53,356 nt of DNA from Nitrospirota bacterium (lineage in GTDB: Bacteria; Nitrospirota; Thermodesulfovibrionia; Thermodesulfovibrionales; SM23-35): NCBI GenBank assembly GCA_013388605.1, contig JACAEY010000068.1, forward strand, positions 1-53,356, read 5' to 3'. A program made the translations under genes and the position numbers. Positions 9,514 to 20,115 of this stretch are shown in pieces. A model generated the notes under the pieces. That model saw only the letters and a program-made list of their open reading frames with translations, was not told the DNA's origin and made no database searches. The number at the start of each line of letters is the position of its first letter. The first letter of the stretch is position 1.

Positions 9514-10268
9514 GATTTACTCCTTATCATAATTTTATCTTCCCATATCTTGGTATATTTCGAGAATGTATAATAACTATAAAGAAGGGACAGTATCAAT
9601 CCATATTTACCATCAAGAAATCCTCTTCTAAAAATAAACATATTTAAAAACGTGAATAAAGGTCGAAGAGTAAATGAAAAAATATTAGGCATGAAATCCT
9701 TTTGGCCCATTTCTTTTGCTGATAGTGTAGAGTAATTCTCTAATTTTGATATGAATTCTGAGATAGACCTTGCTGTATAATGCTCCATCGGGTTCTTCAT
9801 ATACCCTAAACTCCCTCTGACTATTAACTTTTCATGAACTTCACGCTTTTGCATAAATGCGTTGTCTTTTTTAAAAAGTCTAAGTGTATAATCTGGCCAC
9901 CATCCACCGTGTTTTATCCATTTCCCGAGAAAAAAATTCTTTCGTGGTATATAAAAACCGTTGTGGTCTTTATTTTCTATTGAAGAAGATATCTCTGCTC
10001 TTAACTCTGGTGTAATCCTCTCATCAGCATCCAGTATCATAACCCACGGCATTGATGCTTTATCAATTCCTTTCTGTTTCTGCTTTGCATATCCCTCCCA
10101 TTCTTTCTGGAATACCTTATCGGTGTATTTTTTACATATATCAACAGTATGGTCTGTACTGAAAGAATCAATTACTATTATTTCAGAAAAATCCTTTATG
10201 CTCTCGAGTGCGTCTTGGATATTAAACTCTTCATCTTTTGTTACTATTACTGTAGAAACGGGGATCAA
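9504..10268 (-). CDS. family 2 glycosyltransferase (LPS-core type)
   Basis: 254 aa with VIVTKDEE...VIDSFSTD...LDADE motifs. Its stop overlaps the ugd start by 10 nt. Confidence 0.8.
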   Translation of the reverse strand: MIPVSTVIVTKDEEFNIQDALESIKDFSEIIVIDSFSTDHTVDICKKYTDKVFQKEWEGYAKQKQKGIDKASMPWVMILDADERITPELRAEISSSIENKDHNGFYIPRKNFFLGKWIKHGGWWPDYTLRLFKKDNAFMQKREVHEKLIVRGSLGYMKNPMEHYTARSISEFISKLENYSTLSAKEMGQKDFMPNIFSFTLRPLFTFLNMFIFRRGFLDGKYGLILSLLYSYYTFSKYTKIWEDKIMIRSKSCI

Positions 10269-10366
10269 TAATTCCCTCCAACCAAAAACTGAGATAGGTT
10301 TTACTTTTATGTATTGTTATGATAATTCTTTACCAACCTTTCCCTATCTAAGTATTATATTAATGT

Positions 10367-11092
10367 ATGATTATAATTCCAGCAATAGATTTGAAGGATG
10401 GGCAGTGCGTCAGACTTTTTCAGGGTAAAAGAGATGCTGTAACTAAGTATTCAAATGATCCTGCTGATACTGCAAAACAGTGGGAGTCCTGCGGAGCAGA
10501 ACTGCTCCACATAGTTGACCTTGATGGAGCTTTTACAGGAAGACCAAAAAACCTTGAAGCGATAATAAAGATAAGGAATGCAGTGAATATCCCGATACAG
10601 TTAGGGGGCGGAGTAAGGTCATTTGATATTATTAATAAAATCTTTTCAGCAGGTATAGATAGGGTAATCATCGGTACAGCAGCCATACAGGACCCTAAAT
10701 TTCTAAATCGTTCATGCAGTAAATATCATAACAGAATATTAGTCGGGATTGATGCAAAAGATGGGATGTTAGCTATAAAAGGATGGAAGGAAATTACAAC
10801 AGTCAAAGCAGTAGAACTTGCAAAGAGTTTAGAAATTGAAGGTATTGGAGGTATCGTATATACAGATATTACAAGGGATGGAACATTATCAGGACCGAAC
10901 ATCACTGCAATAAAGAATATAGTAGAGAATGTAAAAACCCCTGTGATCGCTGCTGGTGGAGTTTGTAACATAGAGGATATCAAAAAACTGGTGGAGATAA
11001 AAGGTCTCTGGGGGGTTATCACAGGCAAGGCAATTTATGAAGGGACACTTGACCTGAAAGAGGCAATAAAATTTGTAAAAAGTAATGCGTGA
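10367..11092 (+). CDS. hisA: ProFAR isomerase HisA
   Basis: 241 aa with IIPAIDLKDGQCVRL, QLGGGVRS and AAGGV motifs. Confidence 0.93.
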   Translation: MIIIPAIDLKDGQCVRLFQGKRDAVTKYSNDPADTAKQWESCGAELLHIVDLDGAFTGRPKNLEAIIKIRNAVNIPIQLGGGVRSFDIINKIFSAGIDRVIIGTAAIQDPKFLNRSCSKYHNRILVGIDAKDGMLAIKGWKEITTVKAVELAKSLEIEGIGGIVYTDITRDGTLSGPNITAIKNIVENVKTPVIAAGGVCNIEDIKKLVEIKGLWGVITGKAIYEGTLDLKEAIKFVKSNA

Positions 11093-11103
11093 AACGGGAC
11101 TAA

Positions 11104-12033
11104 ATGTTTGCTAAAAGAATAATTCCTTGTCTTGATGTAAAAGATGGTCGTGTTGTTAAAGGTGTAAGCTTTGTCAATCTGAGGGATGCAGGAGATCCTG
11201 TTGAAAATGCAAAGTTCTATGATGAGCAGGGAGCTGATGAGCTGATATTTTTAGATATTACCGCCTCTCATGAAAAGAGAAAGATAATTTTAGATGTTGT
11301 TATGAAGACAGCTGAAGAGGTTTTCATGCCCCTTACAGTTGGAGGAGGCATAAGAACACTTAATGATATAAGAGACCTTCTAAAGTCAGGATGCGACAAA
11401 GTCTCAATTAATACAGCTGCAGTGAAAGATCCATATTTTATAGCCAGAGCAGCAGAGAAATTTGGAACTCAGTGCATTGTGGTCGCAATTGATGCAAAAA
11501 GGACATATGGAAGTTTGCCTGATGCTACTGGTGAAAAGTGGTTTGATGACAAGGAGCTTAAAGAGGTCTGTCTAAAAATTCCCGAAAGAATACCCTATAA
11601 CCCTCCTCTGCATTCCCCCTTAGCAAGAGTGGATACAGATGGGTTAAAGATGGGAAGGGAGGATTTATCTGAGATTGAGAGGGGGGTATGGGCTATTTCA
11701 ACACATGGTGGTAGAAGAATTAAACTCATAGATGCTATTAAATGGGCAAAAAAAATAGAACAACTCGGAGCAGGTGAGATCATGCTAACAAGCATGGATA
11801 AAGATGGAACTAAAGATGGATATGATATTGAATTAACAAAAGCTGTCTCTGAGGCTGTAAGAATTCCTGTCATTGCCTCAGGTGGTGCAGGAAAACTTGA
11901 GCATTTATACGAAGCCCTCAAATATGGAAAGGCAGATGCGGTCCTTGCAGCATCTATATTTCATTACAGAGAATATACAATCAGAGAAGCAAAAGAATAT
12001 CTTAAATCAAGAGGGATTTCAGTCAGGTTATAA
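11104..12033 (+). CDS. hisF: imidazole glycerol phosphate synthase cyclase subunit HisF, with internal insertion
   Basis: 309 aa with [31 protein letters not shown] and [14 protein letters not shown] motifs. About 55 extra residues sit between AIDAKR and STHGG. Confidence 0.92.
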   Translation: MFAKRIIPCLDVKDGRVVKGVSFVNLRDAGDPVENAKFYDEQGADELIFLDITASHEKRKIILDVVMKTAEEVFMPLTVGGGIRTLNDIRDLLKSGCDKVSINTAAVKDPYFIARAAEKFGTQCIVVAIDAKRTYGSLPDATGEKWFDDKELKEVCLKIPERIPYNPPLHSPLARVDTDGLKMGREDLSEIERGVWAISTHGGRRIKLIDAIKWAKKIEQLGAGEIMLTSMDKDGTKDGYDIELTKAVSEAVRIPVIASGGAGKLEHLYEALKYGKADAVLAASIFHYREYTIREAKEYLKSRGISVRL

Positions 12034-13071
12034 AAAGGATGATTTGATCCATTTCTTTGTTTTAGATGAGTTCTTTGCATGAGCTTTTAGTTCAATTCTT
12101 AGGTTTTCAATTATTTCATTAGTTGCAGGTGGAACCTTTAATACAAACCTATCATCTCCCTTTTTAATAGATACATCAACTTCAGAAAGGTTCTTTGCAT
12201 CAGAGTATCTAGCGCAGAGAGAAGCTGCAACTCTTAAAGCTTCATCTGTAACATCACCAAGTAATAATGCAGTCGGGCTTCCATATCCCTCAACCGTTAC
12301 AAGACAGCCATGATCTGATAAAGAACATATTTCCTCATTTTCATCCTTATCTCTTCCTATGATAATCTTACATGATGGAGAATATCTGAAATGTCTTCCT
12401 ATTCTCAAAAGCCTAATGTCTTCGAGATTTGACCCAGAGTTATAAGTAAAAAGGTCCTTCAGCCTGTATACATAATTAGGTTCTGTTAAAAGACACCCCC
12501 CTGCAGGTGCAGGATATTCTTTAAGAACAAATTCTTTAGCAAGTCTCATCTGAGGCTTTCTTGAACTACCCCTAAAGTCAAAGAGCATATCTCTGTCGAC
12601 AATTCCTCTAACTTCAGGAATGGTGATCCTCAAAAGTTTTGCACTTAATGGTCTCAGGACATAATCTTTTACTCCTGCCTCTTTGTCTATACAATAGAGG
12701 ATGTTTTTTCTCTGGCTCATGGGTCTCTGTCCAAGTACCTCCCCTGAAATAATAAAATCGGCCATAATGTCTTCCATAAAAGCCTTTGCTTCTTTTAACA
12801 TCAGTATCCTGCAATCAATACATGGGTTCATATTTTTCCCATATCCAAATTTGGGTTTTTTAACAATTTCTATAAATTTTTCTGAAAGGTCGATAAGTTT
12901 GACCTCAAAACCAAATTTCTCTGCAATAAGAAATAGAACTTCTAAAGAGAAAGTGTGTTCAAAGGGTGTGAGGAATTTTAATGCCTTTACCTCTATATTT
13001 TGTTTAAGAATTATAAGGATCGAGAGGGTGCTATCAAGACCATCTGAAAATAATGCCACTGCTTTTGCCAT
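12028..13071 (-). CDS. PP-loop ATP pyrophosphatase family protein (ThiI/MnmA-like, putative tRNA thiolation enzyme)
   Basis: 347 aa. The N-terminal motif ALFSDGLDS is a variant of SGGx[16 protein letters not shown]...[13 protein letters not shown] resembles thiouridine synthase families. The exact family is not resolved. Confidence 0.6.
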   Translation of the reverse strand: MAKAVALFSDGLDSTLSILIILKQNIEVKALKFLTPFEHTFSLEVLFLIAEKFGFEVKLIDLSEKFIEIVKKPKFGYGKNMNPCIDCRILMLKEAKAFMEDIMADFIISGEVLGQRPMSQRKNILYCIDKEAGVKDYVLRPLSAKLLRITIPEVRGIVDRDMLFDFRGSSRKPQMRLAKEFVLKEYPAPAGGCLLTEPNYVYRLKDLFTYNSGSNLEDIRLLRIGRHFRYSPSCKIIIGRDKDENEEICSLSDHGCLVTVEGYGSPTALLLGDVTDEALRVAASLCARYSDAKNLSEVDVSIKKGDDRFVLKVPPATNEIIENLRIELKAHAKNSSKTKKWIKSSFL

Positions 13072-13210
13072 AATTTAAAATATAATCCCAGATAATGCAG
13101 ACATTGATAAATATAACGTAACACGTGTCCGTTGTCCGTGACCGTAAAGAAGCATAAAAGCATGTTATTTTAAAAATGCATATGGAGAATTACGTATATA
13201 GAATTCACCA

Positions 13211-14215
13211 TTATGAATAGCGAATAACAAATTTATCATGATTAACATTTAATGACTTCAATATCTCCTCGGTTGTTGCAACTGCAGTTCCAATCTTACC
13301 AACAACTATACCCGCAGCATGGTTGGCTATAACGGCAGCCTCTTCCATATTTGCACCAGAGACATAAGCAATGGTGAATGCTGCAATCACTGTATCTCCT
13401 GCACCAGTTACATCATACACATCTCTCGTAATTGTAGGAATGTGGGCAACTTTATCCCTTTCAAAGAGGGTCATCCCTTGTTCTCCTTTCGTAATAAGTA
13501 CCGCATCGCATAAGAGTTTCTTTAAAAGCTTCTTACCCGCAAGGATAAGTGATTTCTCATCCTCAATTACGATACCTGATGCAACAGAAGCCTCAGTAAG
13601 GTTAGGAGTGATAAGTGAAACATTTTTATATAGGTGAAAATGACCAACCTTTGGGTCAACAGATACAAAGACATTATGATTTTTTGAATTCTTAAGCACT
13701 TCTTTTATAAGTTCACGGGAGACAACGCCTTTCTTATAATCTGATATAATCACCGCATCGTGTTCATGTAATATACCTCGGATATATCCTAAGGTATCTT
13801 TAAGGACTTTACCTTCCAACTTTTTTTTATCTTCTTTGTCAAACCTAACGACCTGTTGATTATGGGCAATGACCCTCGTCTTGACAGTTGTGGGTCTTGA
13901 ACATCGAAAAATACCCTCACATTTTATCCCTTTCTTGTCGAGCAGATCTATGAGAACATCTCCTGCACGGTCAGCCCCTGTTACCCCAACGATCGTAGAA
14001 TGTCCGCCAAGTGCCATAATATTGTTTGCAACGTTTGCAGCACCTCCAAGGAGAAAGTCCTCATTTGTTACCTCAACAATAGGGACAGGGGCTTCTGGTG
14101 ATATCCTGTTAACCTTACCCCAGATGTAACGGTCGAGTATCAAATCTCCTATTATGAGTATCTTTTTCTTTTCAAATTCTTTCAGAATCTTCTTGTAATT
14201 TATATGAGACATCAT
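13211..14215 (-). CDS. rfaE1: D-glycero-beta-D-manno-heptose-7-phosphate kinase (RfaE domain I, PfkB family)
   Basis: 334 aa with ILIIGDLILDRYIWG...ISPEAPVP and DVTGAGDTVIAAF motifs. Confidence 0.85.
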   Translation of the reverse strand: MMSHINYKKILKEFEKKKILIIGDLILDRYIWGKVNRISPEAPVPIVEVTNEDFLLGGAANVANNIMALGGHSTIVGVTGADRAGDVLIDLLDKKGIKCEGIFRCSRPTTVKTRVIAHNQQVVRFDKEDKKKLEGKVLKDTLGYIRGILHEHDAVIISDYKKGVVSRELIKEVLKNSKNHNVFVSVDPKVGHFHLYKNVSLITPNLTEASVASGIVIEDEKSLILAGKKLLKKLLCDAVLITKGEQGMTLFERDKVAHIPTITRDVYDVTGAGDTVIAAFTIAYVSGANMEEAAVIANHAAGIVVGKIGTAVATTEEILKSLNVNHDKFVIRYS

Positions 14216-14300
14216 GAATATTTTATTCTCCTTCTTCTTTTGTTTTCAACTTACTGATTATTATGTCTAAATAATCTATATATTTTTAATCGTTCTTTAT

Positions 14301-15242
14301 TTATCTAAAGACTTTCATTACCAAAAATGATATCAGAAAAGCTAAAGATGGAGCTAATATCCAATTAAACAGGACTTTCTTAATTAGACTTATCCTTACC
14401 GTCTCAACCCCTTTCAATATTCCAACCCCACTGATTCCACCAATGATACAATATGTGGTTGACACGGGCATCCCTAAAAAAGTAAATAACAATACACAAC
14501 TGCCTGCTCCAAACTGGGCAGCAAAGCCTGAATATGGGTCTAAAGCTGTTATACCTTTTCCTACTGTCTCTATTACACGGTGGCTTAAGAGAACCGCTCC
14601 GAGGAACACAAATATTGCGCCCATTAGAAATGATGACATCATGCTTAGAAGCCCTGAGTGTATGACAGGACCCATAACTGTTGCGAGTTCATTTGCACCT
14701 GTGTTATATGCGATTAAAATTCCTCCTATAAGGAGGAGTATCCTAAGAATCTTTTCAATACTGAAAAAAGGCAATTTTGACAGAGTCCCTTCCATAATTT
14801 TATAAATTACAATAGAGTTGAGAGAGGCAATTAGAGGAGATATTGCCCAGGAAAAGGCAATTTCAGAAAGTGATAAAAAATTTATTTCAGCGCCAGAAGC
14901 AAAGCCAGAGCCAGTTAAGCTTCCTATTATTACCTGATGAGTTGAAAGGGGTAACCTTTTCCAGTTCGATAAGATAATTAAAAAAGCTGATACAGATAAA
15001 GATATGCTCAAGATAGAAAAATCTATGTTCAGAATATCCTTCCCAACTGTCTCCATAACCCTTTGACCCTGTAAGAATATTCCTATAAAAACAGAGACCC
15101 CGAATAAAAGCACCGCCTTCTTTAACTTTATTACACCTGAGCCTATACATATTCCAAGAGAATTAGAAGTATCATTTGAACCAATTCCAAATGCTATTAG
15201 AATGCAGGTTAAAAAAGAGATAAATTCTATCATGAAATGCAA
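14301..15242 (-). CDS. inorganic phosphate transporter, PiT family
   Basis: 313-aa polytopic protein carrying the GSNDTSNS PHO4 signature. Confidence 0.85.
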   Translation of the reverse strand: MHFMIEFISFLTCILIAFGIGSNDTSNSLGICIGSGVIKLKKAVLLFGVSVFIGIFLQGQRVMETVGKDILNIDFSILSISLSVSAFLIILSNWKRLPLSTHQVIIGSLTGSGFASGAEINFLSLSEIAFSWAISPLIASLNSIVIYKIMEGTLSKLPFFSIEKILRILLLIGGILIAYNTGANELATVMGPVIHSGLLSMMSSFLMGAIFVFLGAVLLSHRVIETVGKGITALDPYSGFAAQFGAGSCVLLFTFLGMPVSTTYCIIGGISGVGILKGVETVRISLIKKVLFNWILAPSLAFLISFLVMKVFR

Positions 15243-15262
15243 GAAACATTGAGAGCCATATT

Positions 15263-15895
15263 TTATCTCAGACTTACATTCATGATATAGAGGTAGTCAC
15301 TTGCATCTTCAATTATATCACTGATACGTGTCAGATAAGAGATAAAGTCTGAAAGTGTCTTTCCCTGCCAGAAGTCTTTTATCTCTCGTCTTCTCAGCTT
15401 CTTTATGAGATCTAATTTTATTTCATCAACCTTCTTTTCATAGATTCTGATGGCAAGGTTTTTCTCCTTTAAATCTTCCTTACGGAACAGTGCCTCAAAT
15501 GCAATTAAGAGCATATCACACATTTTCATGTTTATATCAGCAATTTTCGTACAATCTTCCTCCAAGTCCTTATCCACCTCTAAATTTATAAATTCAAATT
15601 CATTAGCAGCATCTTCAAGCACATCAAAGGCTTCATCTACAATCTCTACAAACCTGCAGATGTTTGGCCTGAGAAATGGCAAAAAGGCACCTTCATAAAT
15701 ATTTGAGATGATCTCTCTCCTTATAGTATCCCCTTCTCTTTCTAAGTCAGGGATACAAAGTACTCGATCTTTATCTCTGTCTTCAAGTGCCCTTTTAAAA
15801 CAGTCTGAAGCTGTGCAAAGTACTTTTATGTGCCTCTTTATATTTTCTATAACCTTCTGTTCTGTTTTCCCTCCTGAAAATACCTTTTCAAGCAA
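15263..15895 (-). CDS. DUF47 (PhoU-like) phosphate-transport accessory protein
   Basis: 210-aa helical protein immediately upstream of the PiT gene, the usual DUF47-PiT pairing. Confidence 0.7.
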   Translation of the reverse strand: MLEKVFSGGKTEQKVIENIKRHIKVLCTASDCFKRALEDRDKDRVLCIPDLEREGDTIRREIISNIYEGAFLPFLRPNICRFVEIVDEAFDVLEDAANEFEFINLEVDKDLEEDCTKIADINMKMCDMLLIAFEALFRKEDLKEKNLAIRIYEKKVDEIKLDLIKKLRRREIKDFWQGKTLSDFISYLTRISDIIEDASDYLYIMNVSLR

Positions 15896-16292
15896 TACGT
15901 CCTCCTTTTGCCCTTTCTATCAAGGTGGCAGCCATAAGGTCTAATAGCGAAACAACACCGATTATTTCCTTACCCTCATGGATAAATACCCTTGCAATAT
16001 TGAATTTATTCATTAAACTTATCACATGTTCTATCTCCATATCCTTATTGACACAAATAACTGGTTTCGATGCAATTACTTCCACACTTGTTTTACCCGG
16101 GTTAAGATTTTTACCAAGGACCTTAAAAACGATATCCCTCACAGTAACAACTCCATAGACATCTTTTTCATCCTTTGGTTTTACAAGTAAAGACCTGAGC
16201 CTTTTATCTACCATTTTTTCTATCGCATTATATACAGGGGCATCAGCCTCTACTGATTCTATCTTTTTAGTCATTATCTCCTCTATCTTCAT
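15888..16292 (-). CDS. CBS domain pair protein
   Basis: 134 aa with two CBS-like units (IMTKKIESV..., GVVTVRDI...; PVICVNKD..., IGVVSLLDL). Overlaps the DUF47 gene by 8 nt. Confidence 0.8.
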   Translation of the reverse strand: MKIEEIMTKKIESVEADAPVYNAIEKMVDKRLRSLLVKPKDEKDVYGVVTVRDIVFKVLGKNLNPGKTSVEVIASKPVICVNKDMEIEHVISLMNKFNIARVFIHEGKEIIGVVSLLDLMAATLIERAKGGRIA

Positions 16293-16404
16293 ATATTCCT
16301 CCTCCCAAATTTATAGTAGTTTAGCAAATCTAACTTTAATTGAATAGGAGTTTACATCAATACCTGAATTTTTTATAATCTTATATGACAAATAAGAATA
16401 TTTA

Positions 16405-16545
16405 TCCTATATTACGCAAGGGTGTAGCCGCAACCTTTAGGTTGCGTGGATTTATACAACCTTTAAACCACTTTTATGAGATTTAAAACGCATGCTAAAG
16501 CCTGCGGCTATAAGGGTTTTATAGTGAGCCTTGCGTAATTCGGGT
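16405..16545. repeat. MITE-like palindromic element, copy B (inverted relative to copy A)
   Basis: Reverse complement matches 7041..7181 (see copy A). It lies in the divergent intergenic region between the CBS gene and the Mth938-like gene. Confidence 0.8.
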
Positions 16546-16564
16546 TTATATATAGTGAAAAGCG

Positions 16565-16906
16565 ATGAAGGTTGAATATTACTCTTTTGGCACAATCACT
16601 ATTGATGGTAAGTCATATACTTCTGACGTTATAATCTATCCGAATAAGGTTGATTCTTCCTGGTGGAGAGAAAAGGGACATTCCCTTCACATTTCTGACC
16701 TTAAAAATATAATACCTGAAAATCCCGAAATACTTATCATAGGAACAGGTTTTTCAGGTGCAATGGTCGTCCCTGAAGAAACAGTTTCATATCTCAAATC
16801 AAAGGGCATTGATGTCCATATTGCCAGAACTGGTAAGGCTGTTGAGCTTTTTAATAAATTTCAGAAAGACAGAAAGACAATAGCTGCATTTCACTTAACC
16901 TGCTGA
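16565..16906 (+). CDS. Mth938-like (DUF498) domain protein
   Basis: 113 aa. FGTITIDGKSYTSDVIIYP...ILIIGTGFSG...SKGI.V....T..A.ELFN is typical of the family. Confidence 0.7.
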   Translation: MKVEYYSFGTITIDGKSYTSDVIIYPNKVDSSWWREKGHSLHISDLKNIIPENPEILIIGTGFSGAMVVPEETVSYLKSKGIDVHIARTGKAVELFNKFQKDRKTIAAFHLTC

Positions 16907-17569
16907 AAGTAACCTCTTAAATTCCTTAGAGACAAAATCTGCCCTTCTTAAGGGTTCTGGAACTCTGTATTTTTTTGCACAGGCAAGCGTGATATCAATA
17001 GAATTTTTGAGGTTAGTCCTGTGTCCCGGAGAGACAAAGAGTGGTCTGACACGATCTTTTGTCCTTAATACTACGCCAATAATCTTTCCTTTATGCCATA
17101 GATAAGACCAGCTTCCTTTTTTCTGTGCAGGTTCTTCATATTCACCTATCAGTCGTGATTTTGCACACCCTATAGTTGGGATGCCAAGAAGAATGCCAAT
17201 ATGTGTGGCTATACCCATTCTTGTTGGATGGGCAATTCCCTGTCCATCAAAGATTATGAGATCTGGTCTCTTCTTTAACCCACGGATTGCCCTGATAATA
17301 GCACGTCCTTCCCTGAAAGAAAGGAATCCTGGCACATAAGGGAAAAATTGTTTTGTTACTGAGATTGCCTCCTCTTTAAAAGTTAGTTCTGGATATGCAT
17401 AAAGGCATGCAACACCAATTACTAAATCACTTAAAAATGCTGCATCCACACCTGCAATTGTTTCCAGAGGTTCTCTTAGAGGGATTATTTCTATCTTCTT
17501 TCTCAGGATTTTCTGAATCTTCATTGCACCTTTGATGTCCCTTGGCCATCTCATAGATAAAGATAACAT
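16895..17569 (-). CDS. nfi: endonuclease V
   Basis: 224 aa with AGVDAAF and IFDGQGIAHPTRMGIATHIG motifs. The start may instead be an internal Met. Confidence 0.88.
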   Translation of the reverse strand: MLSLSMRWPRDIKGAMKIQKILRKKIEIIPLREPLETIAGVDAAFLSDLVIGVACLYAYPELTFKEEAISVTKQFFPYVPGFLSFREGRAIIRAIRGLKKRPDLIIFDGQGIAHPTRMGIATHIGILLGIPTIGCAKSRLIGEYEEPAQKKGSWSYLWHKGKIIGVVLRTKDRVRPLFVSPGHRTNLKNSIDITLACAKKYRVPEPLRRADFVSKEFKRLLSAG

Positions 17570-17591
17570 ACATTTATGTTAAAATTTTTCA

Positions 17592-18485
17592 ATGGATATA
17601 CATCAATTAAAGGTATTTACATCAGTTTTCAAAAACAGGAGCTTCTCAAAGGCATCAGAAGAACTTAACCTTACACAGCCAACCATAAGTGACCACATAA
17701 AGACACTTGAAGAAGAGCTTGATTGCAGACTCTTTGACAGGCTTGGAAGGATAATCATACCAACAAAAGAGGCAGAGGCTTTATATACCCATGCGATGGA
17801 AATTATAGAAAAAGCTAATATAACAAAAGACATAATCGGAAGATTTAAAAAAGAACTTACAGGAGAATTAGTTATTGGGGCAAGTACTATACCTGGCACA
17901 TATCTGATGCCTTCTCTAATAGCTACATTTCAGAGAAAACACCCCTCTGTTTCTTTCCAGATATTCATATCTGATTCAAAGGATATAGGTGAGAAGGTAC
18001 TGAAACACAAGATTCTTTTAGGAGTCGTTGGCACAAAATTTATTAATGGGGATATAAATCACATTCCCTTTGTCGAAGATGAATTAATTGTGGTATCTTC
18101 TCCCTCTTTGATTAAGAGCGACACGATAACTTTAAAAGATTTAATAAAGTTTCCAATGATACTAAGGGAAGAAGGTTCTGGAACAAGAAGAGAGCTTGAA
18201 AAGATCTTAGATTCAAAAGGTGTTACACTGGAAGATATTAAAATCGCTGGTGTATTTGGTTCAACAGATGCAGTAAAACAGGCTGTTAAAGCAGGACTTG
18301 GATTTTCAGTGCTATCAAAATTATCAGTAATTGATGAGTTAAAACATAAGATAGTTAAAGAGATCAAACTTACAGATATTCAGATGAAGAGGAAATTCTA
18401 TATAGTTATTCACAAAAAAAGAACCCTCCCACTTTTATATAGCAACTTTTTGGAACACCTTAAGGCTGAATCAAAAAAGATATAA
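17592..18485 (+). CDS. LysR-family transcriptional regulator, selenium-cluster associated by position
   Basis: 297 aa with the N-terminal wHTH FSKASEELNLTQPTISDHIKTLEEEL and a LysR substrate-binding fold. It lies 305 nt upstream of yedE, co-oriented. Confidence 0.85.
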   Translation: MDIHQLKVFTSVFKNRSFSKASEELNLTQPTISDHIKTLEEELDCRLFDRLGRIIIPTKEAEALYTHAMEIIEKANITKDIIGRFKKELTGELVIGASTIPGTYLMPSLIATFQRKHPSVSFQIFISDSKDIGEKVLKHKILLGVVGTKFINGDINHIPFVEDELIVVSSPSLIKSDTITLKDLIKFPMILREEGSGTRRELEKILDSKGVTLEDIKIAGVFGSTDAVKQAVKAGLGFSVLSKLSVIDELKHKIVKEIKLTDIQMKRKFYIVIHKKRTLPLLYSNFLEHLKAESKKI

Positions 18486-18554
18486 AAGTAAAAATCATTA
18501 TTTCGAAATATGCAACTGAATCGATTATACCTATCTCTCATGTTTTAGTGCTTT

Positions 18555-18660
18555 TTACTCAACTTATCTATAATTGCCTTTTTATTATTTTTAGAAAGCA
18601 AAAATCTATAAATTAAGTTATTACCATAGATATAATCAATTTGATTTATAGTTTTTTATT
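18555..18660 (+). repeat. 106-bp direct repeat R1 (shared upstream module of the yedE operon)
   Basis: ttactcaacttatctataattgcctttttattatttttagaaagcaaaaatctataaattaagttattaccatagatataatcaatttgatttatagttttttatt recurs at 21794..21900, differing by one substitution and one extra t. It contains a TATAAT hexamer and nested inverted repeats (ATCTAT-N16-ATAGAT and CTATAAAT...ATTTATAG). Confidence 0.9.
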
Positions 18661-18790
18661 ATTTATTATTTAAATATAGACAAAAAATTCTGAAATTTAA
18701 AATTAATTCATAATTTATAAGGAATTTATTTAAAACGAAAATATATAAAGTCTACTTATTTTACAAACACAAACATTAAAGGGGTTCTGA

Positions 18791-19882
18791 ATGGGCGTTA
18801 AGAATTTTTTTGGAACTTGCTTGGGTATTGTTCTGGTAGGTATTTTCATAGGTACTTTTGCTGCCTTACTTCAAAAATCGGGAAACCCAGCAAATATGGG
18901 TATTTGTGTCGCCTGTTTTGAAAGAGACATAGCAGGGGCTCTTGGGATACATAGGGCAGCTGTTGTCCAGTATATAAGACCTGAAATCATAGGTTTTGTC
19001 TTTGGCTCCTTAATTGCTGCATATGCTTTTAAGGAGTTTAGACCAAGGGTTGGTTCAGCCCCTATTGTCCGATTCGTTTTAGGATTTTTTGCAATGAGCG
19101 GTGCTCTTGTTTTTTTGGGTTGCCCGTGGCGTGCATTCCTCAGACTTGCAGGCGGAGATGGCAATGCCATCCTTGGTATTGCAGGGCTTGCTACTGGTGT
19201 AGCTGTAGGCGTTATCTTCTTAAAGAATGGATACAGTCTGGGAAGAAATCAAAAAACATTCACTTCAGTAGGCTGGATACTACCCCTTATCATGGCGAGT
19301 CTCTTTGCATTTCTGATCATTGCTCCCTTGATGGGCGATGGTGGTCAATCAGGTCCTATATTTTTCAGTGAAAATGGGCCTGGCTCAATGCATGCTCCTA
19401 TTGCAGTTTCTTTAATTGTTGGACTTCTTATAGGTTTCCTTGCACAGAGGACTCGATTTTGCACAATGGGTGCAATCAGGGATATTCTATTAATTAGAAA
19501 TTTTCATCTGGCAAGTGGAGTATTTGCTCTTTTAATTGCCGCCTTTATAACAAATCTCATATTAGGCCAATTTAAATTAGGATTTGCAGGTCAGCCGGTT
19601 GCCCATACCAACCACATCTGGAATTTTCTTGGAATGTCTTTAACGGGTCTCGCCTCTGCTCTTGCAGGAGGTTGTCCGGGTAGGCAATTATTCTTAGCAG
19701 GAGAGGGAGATGGTGATGCTGCTATATTTGTGCTTGGCATGATCTTTGGTGCCGGCTTTTCACATAATTTCTCACTTGCAAGCACTCCGGCTGGAATTGG
19801 TTTTTACGGGCCTCATGCTGTAATTATTGGAATCCTTGTATGCTTTTTTATAGGACTTACTATGCGAGAAAAAATAAAGTAA
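18791..19882 (+). CDS. yedE: YedE-family putative selenium/sulfur-compound transporter
   Basis: 363-aa polytopic protein with paired Cys-containing motifs (MGICVACFERD, RFCTMGAIRD, GGCPGRQ). A TusA-like gene follows it. Confidence 0.8.
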   Translation: MGVKNFFGTCLGIVLVGIFIGTFAALLQKSGNPANMGICVACFERDIAGALGIHRAAVVQYIRPEIIGFVFGSLIAAYAFKEFRPRVGSAPIVRFVLGFFAMSGALVFLGCPWRAFLRLAGGDGNAILGIAGLATGVAVGVIFLKNGYSLGRNQKTFTSVGWILPLIMASLFAFLIIAPLMGDGGQSGPIFFSENGPGSMHAPIAVSLIVGLLIGFLAQRTRFCTMGAIRDILLIRNFHLASGVFALLIAAFITNLILGQFKLGFAGQPVAHTNHIWNFLGMSLTGLASALAGGCPGRQLFLAGEGDGDAAIFVLGMIFGAGFSHNFSLASTPAGIGFYGPHAVIIGILVCFFIGLTMREKIK

Positions 19883-19891
19883 GAAGGTTTT

Positions 19892-20113
19892 ATGGGTGAA
19901 CAAGTTGACGCAAGAGGGCTTTCATGTCCCCAGCCAGTTATATTGACACATAATAAGATGAAGGTGCTTAGGAAAGGTGTCTTTGAGGTGCTGGTTGATA
20001 CTGATACTTCACGTGAAAATATAAGTCGCCTTGCAAAAAATGAAGGCTGGGAAATTATAGATACTAAAAAAACAGAGGATTCAGGATACATCCTGACTCT
20101 TAGGAAAGAATAA
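19892..20113 (+). CDS. TusA/SirA-like sulfur(selenium) carrier protein
   Basis: 73 aa with the DARGLSCPQP (CPxP) motif. Confidence 0.85.
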   Translation: MGEQVDARGLSCPQPVILTHNKMKVLRKGVFEVLVDTDTSRENISRLAKNEGWEIIDTKKTEDSGYILTLRKE

Positions 20114-20115
20114 AT

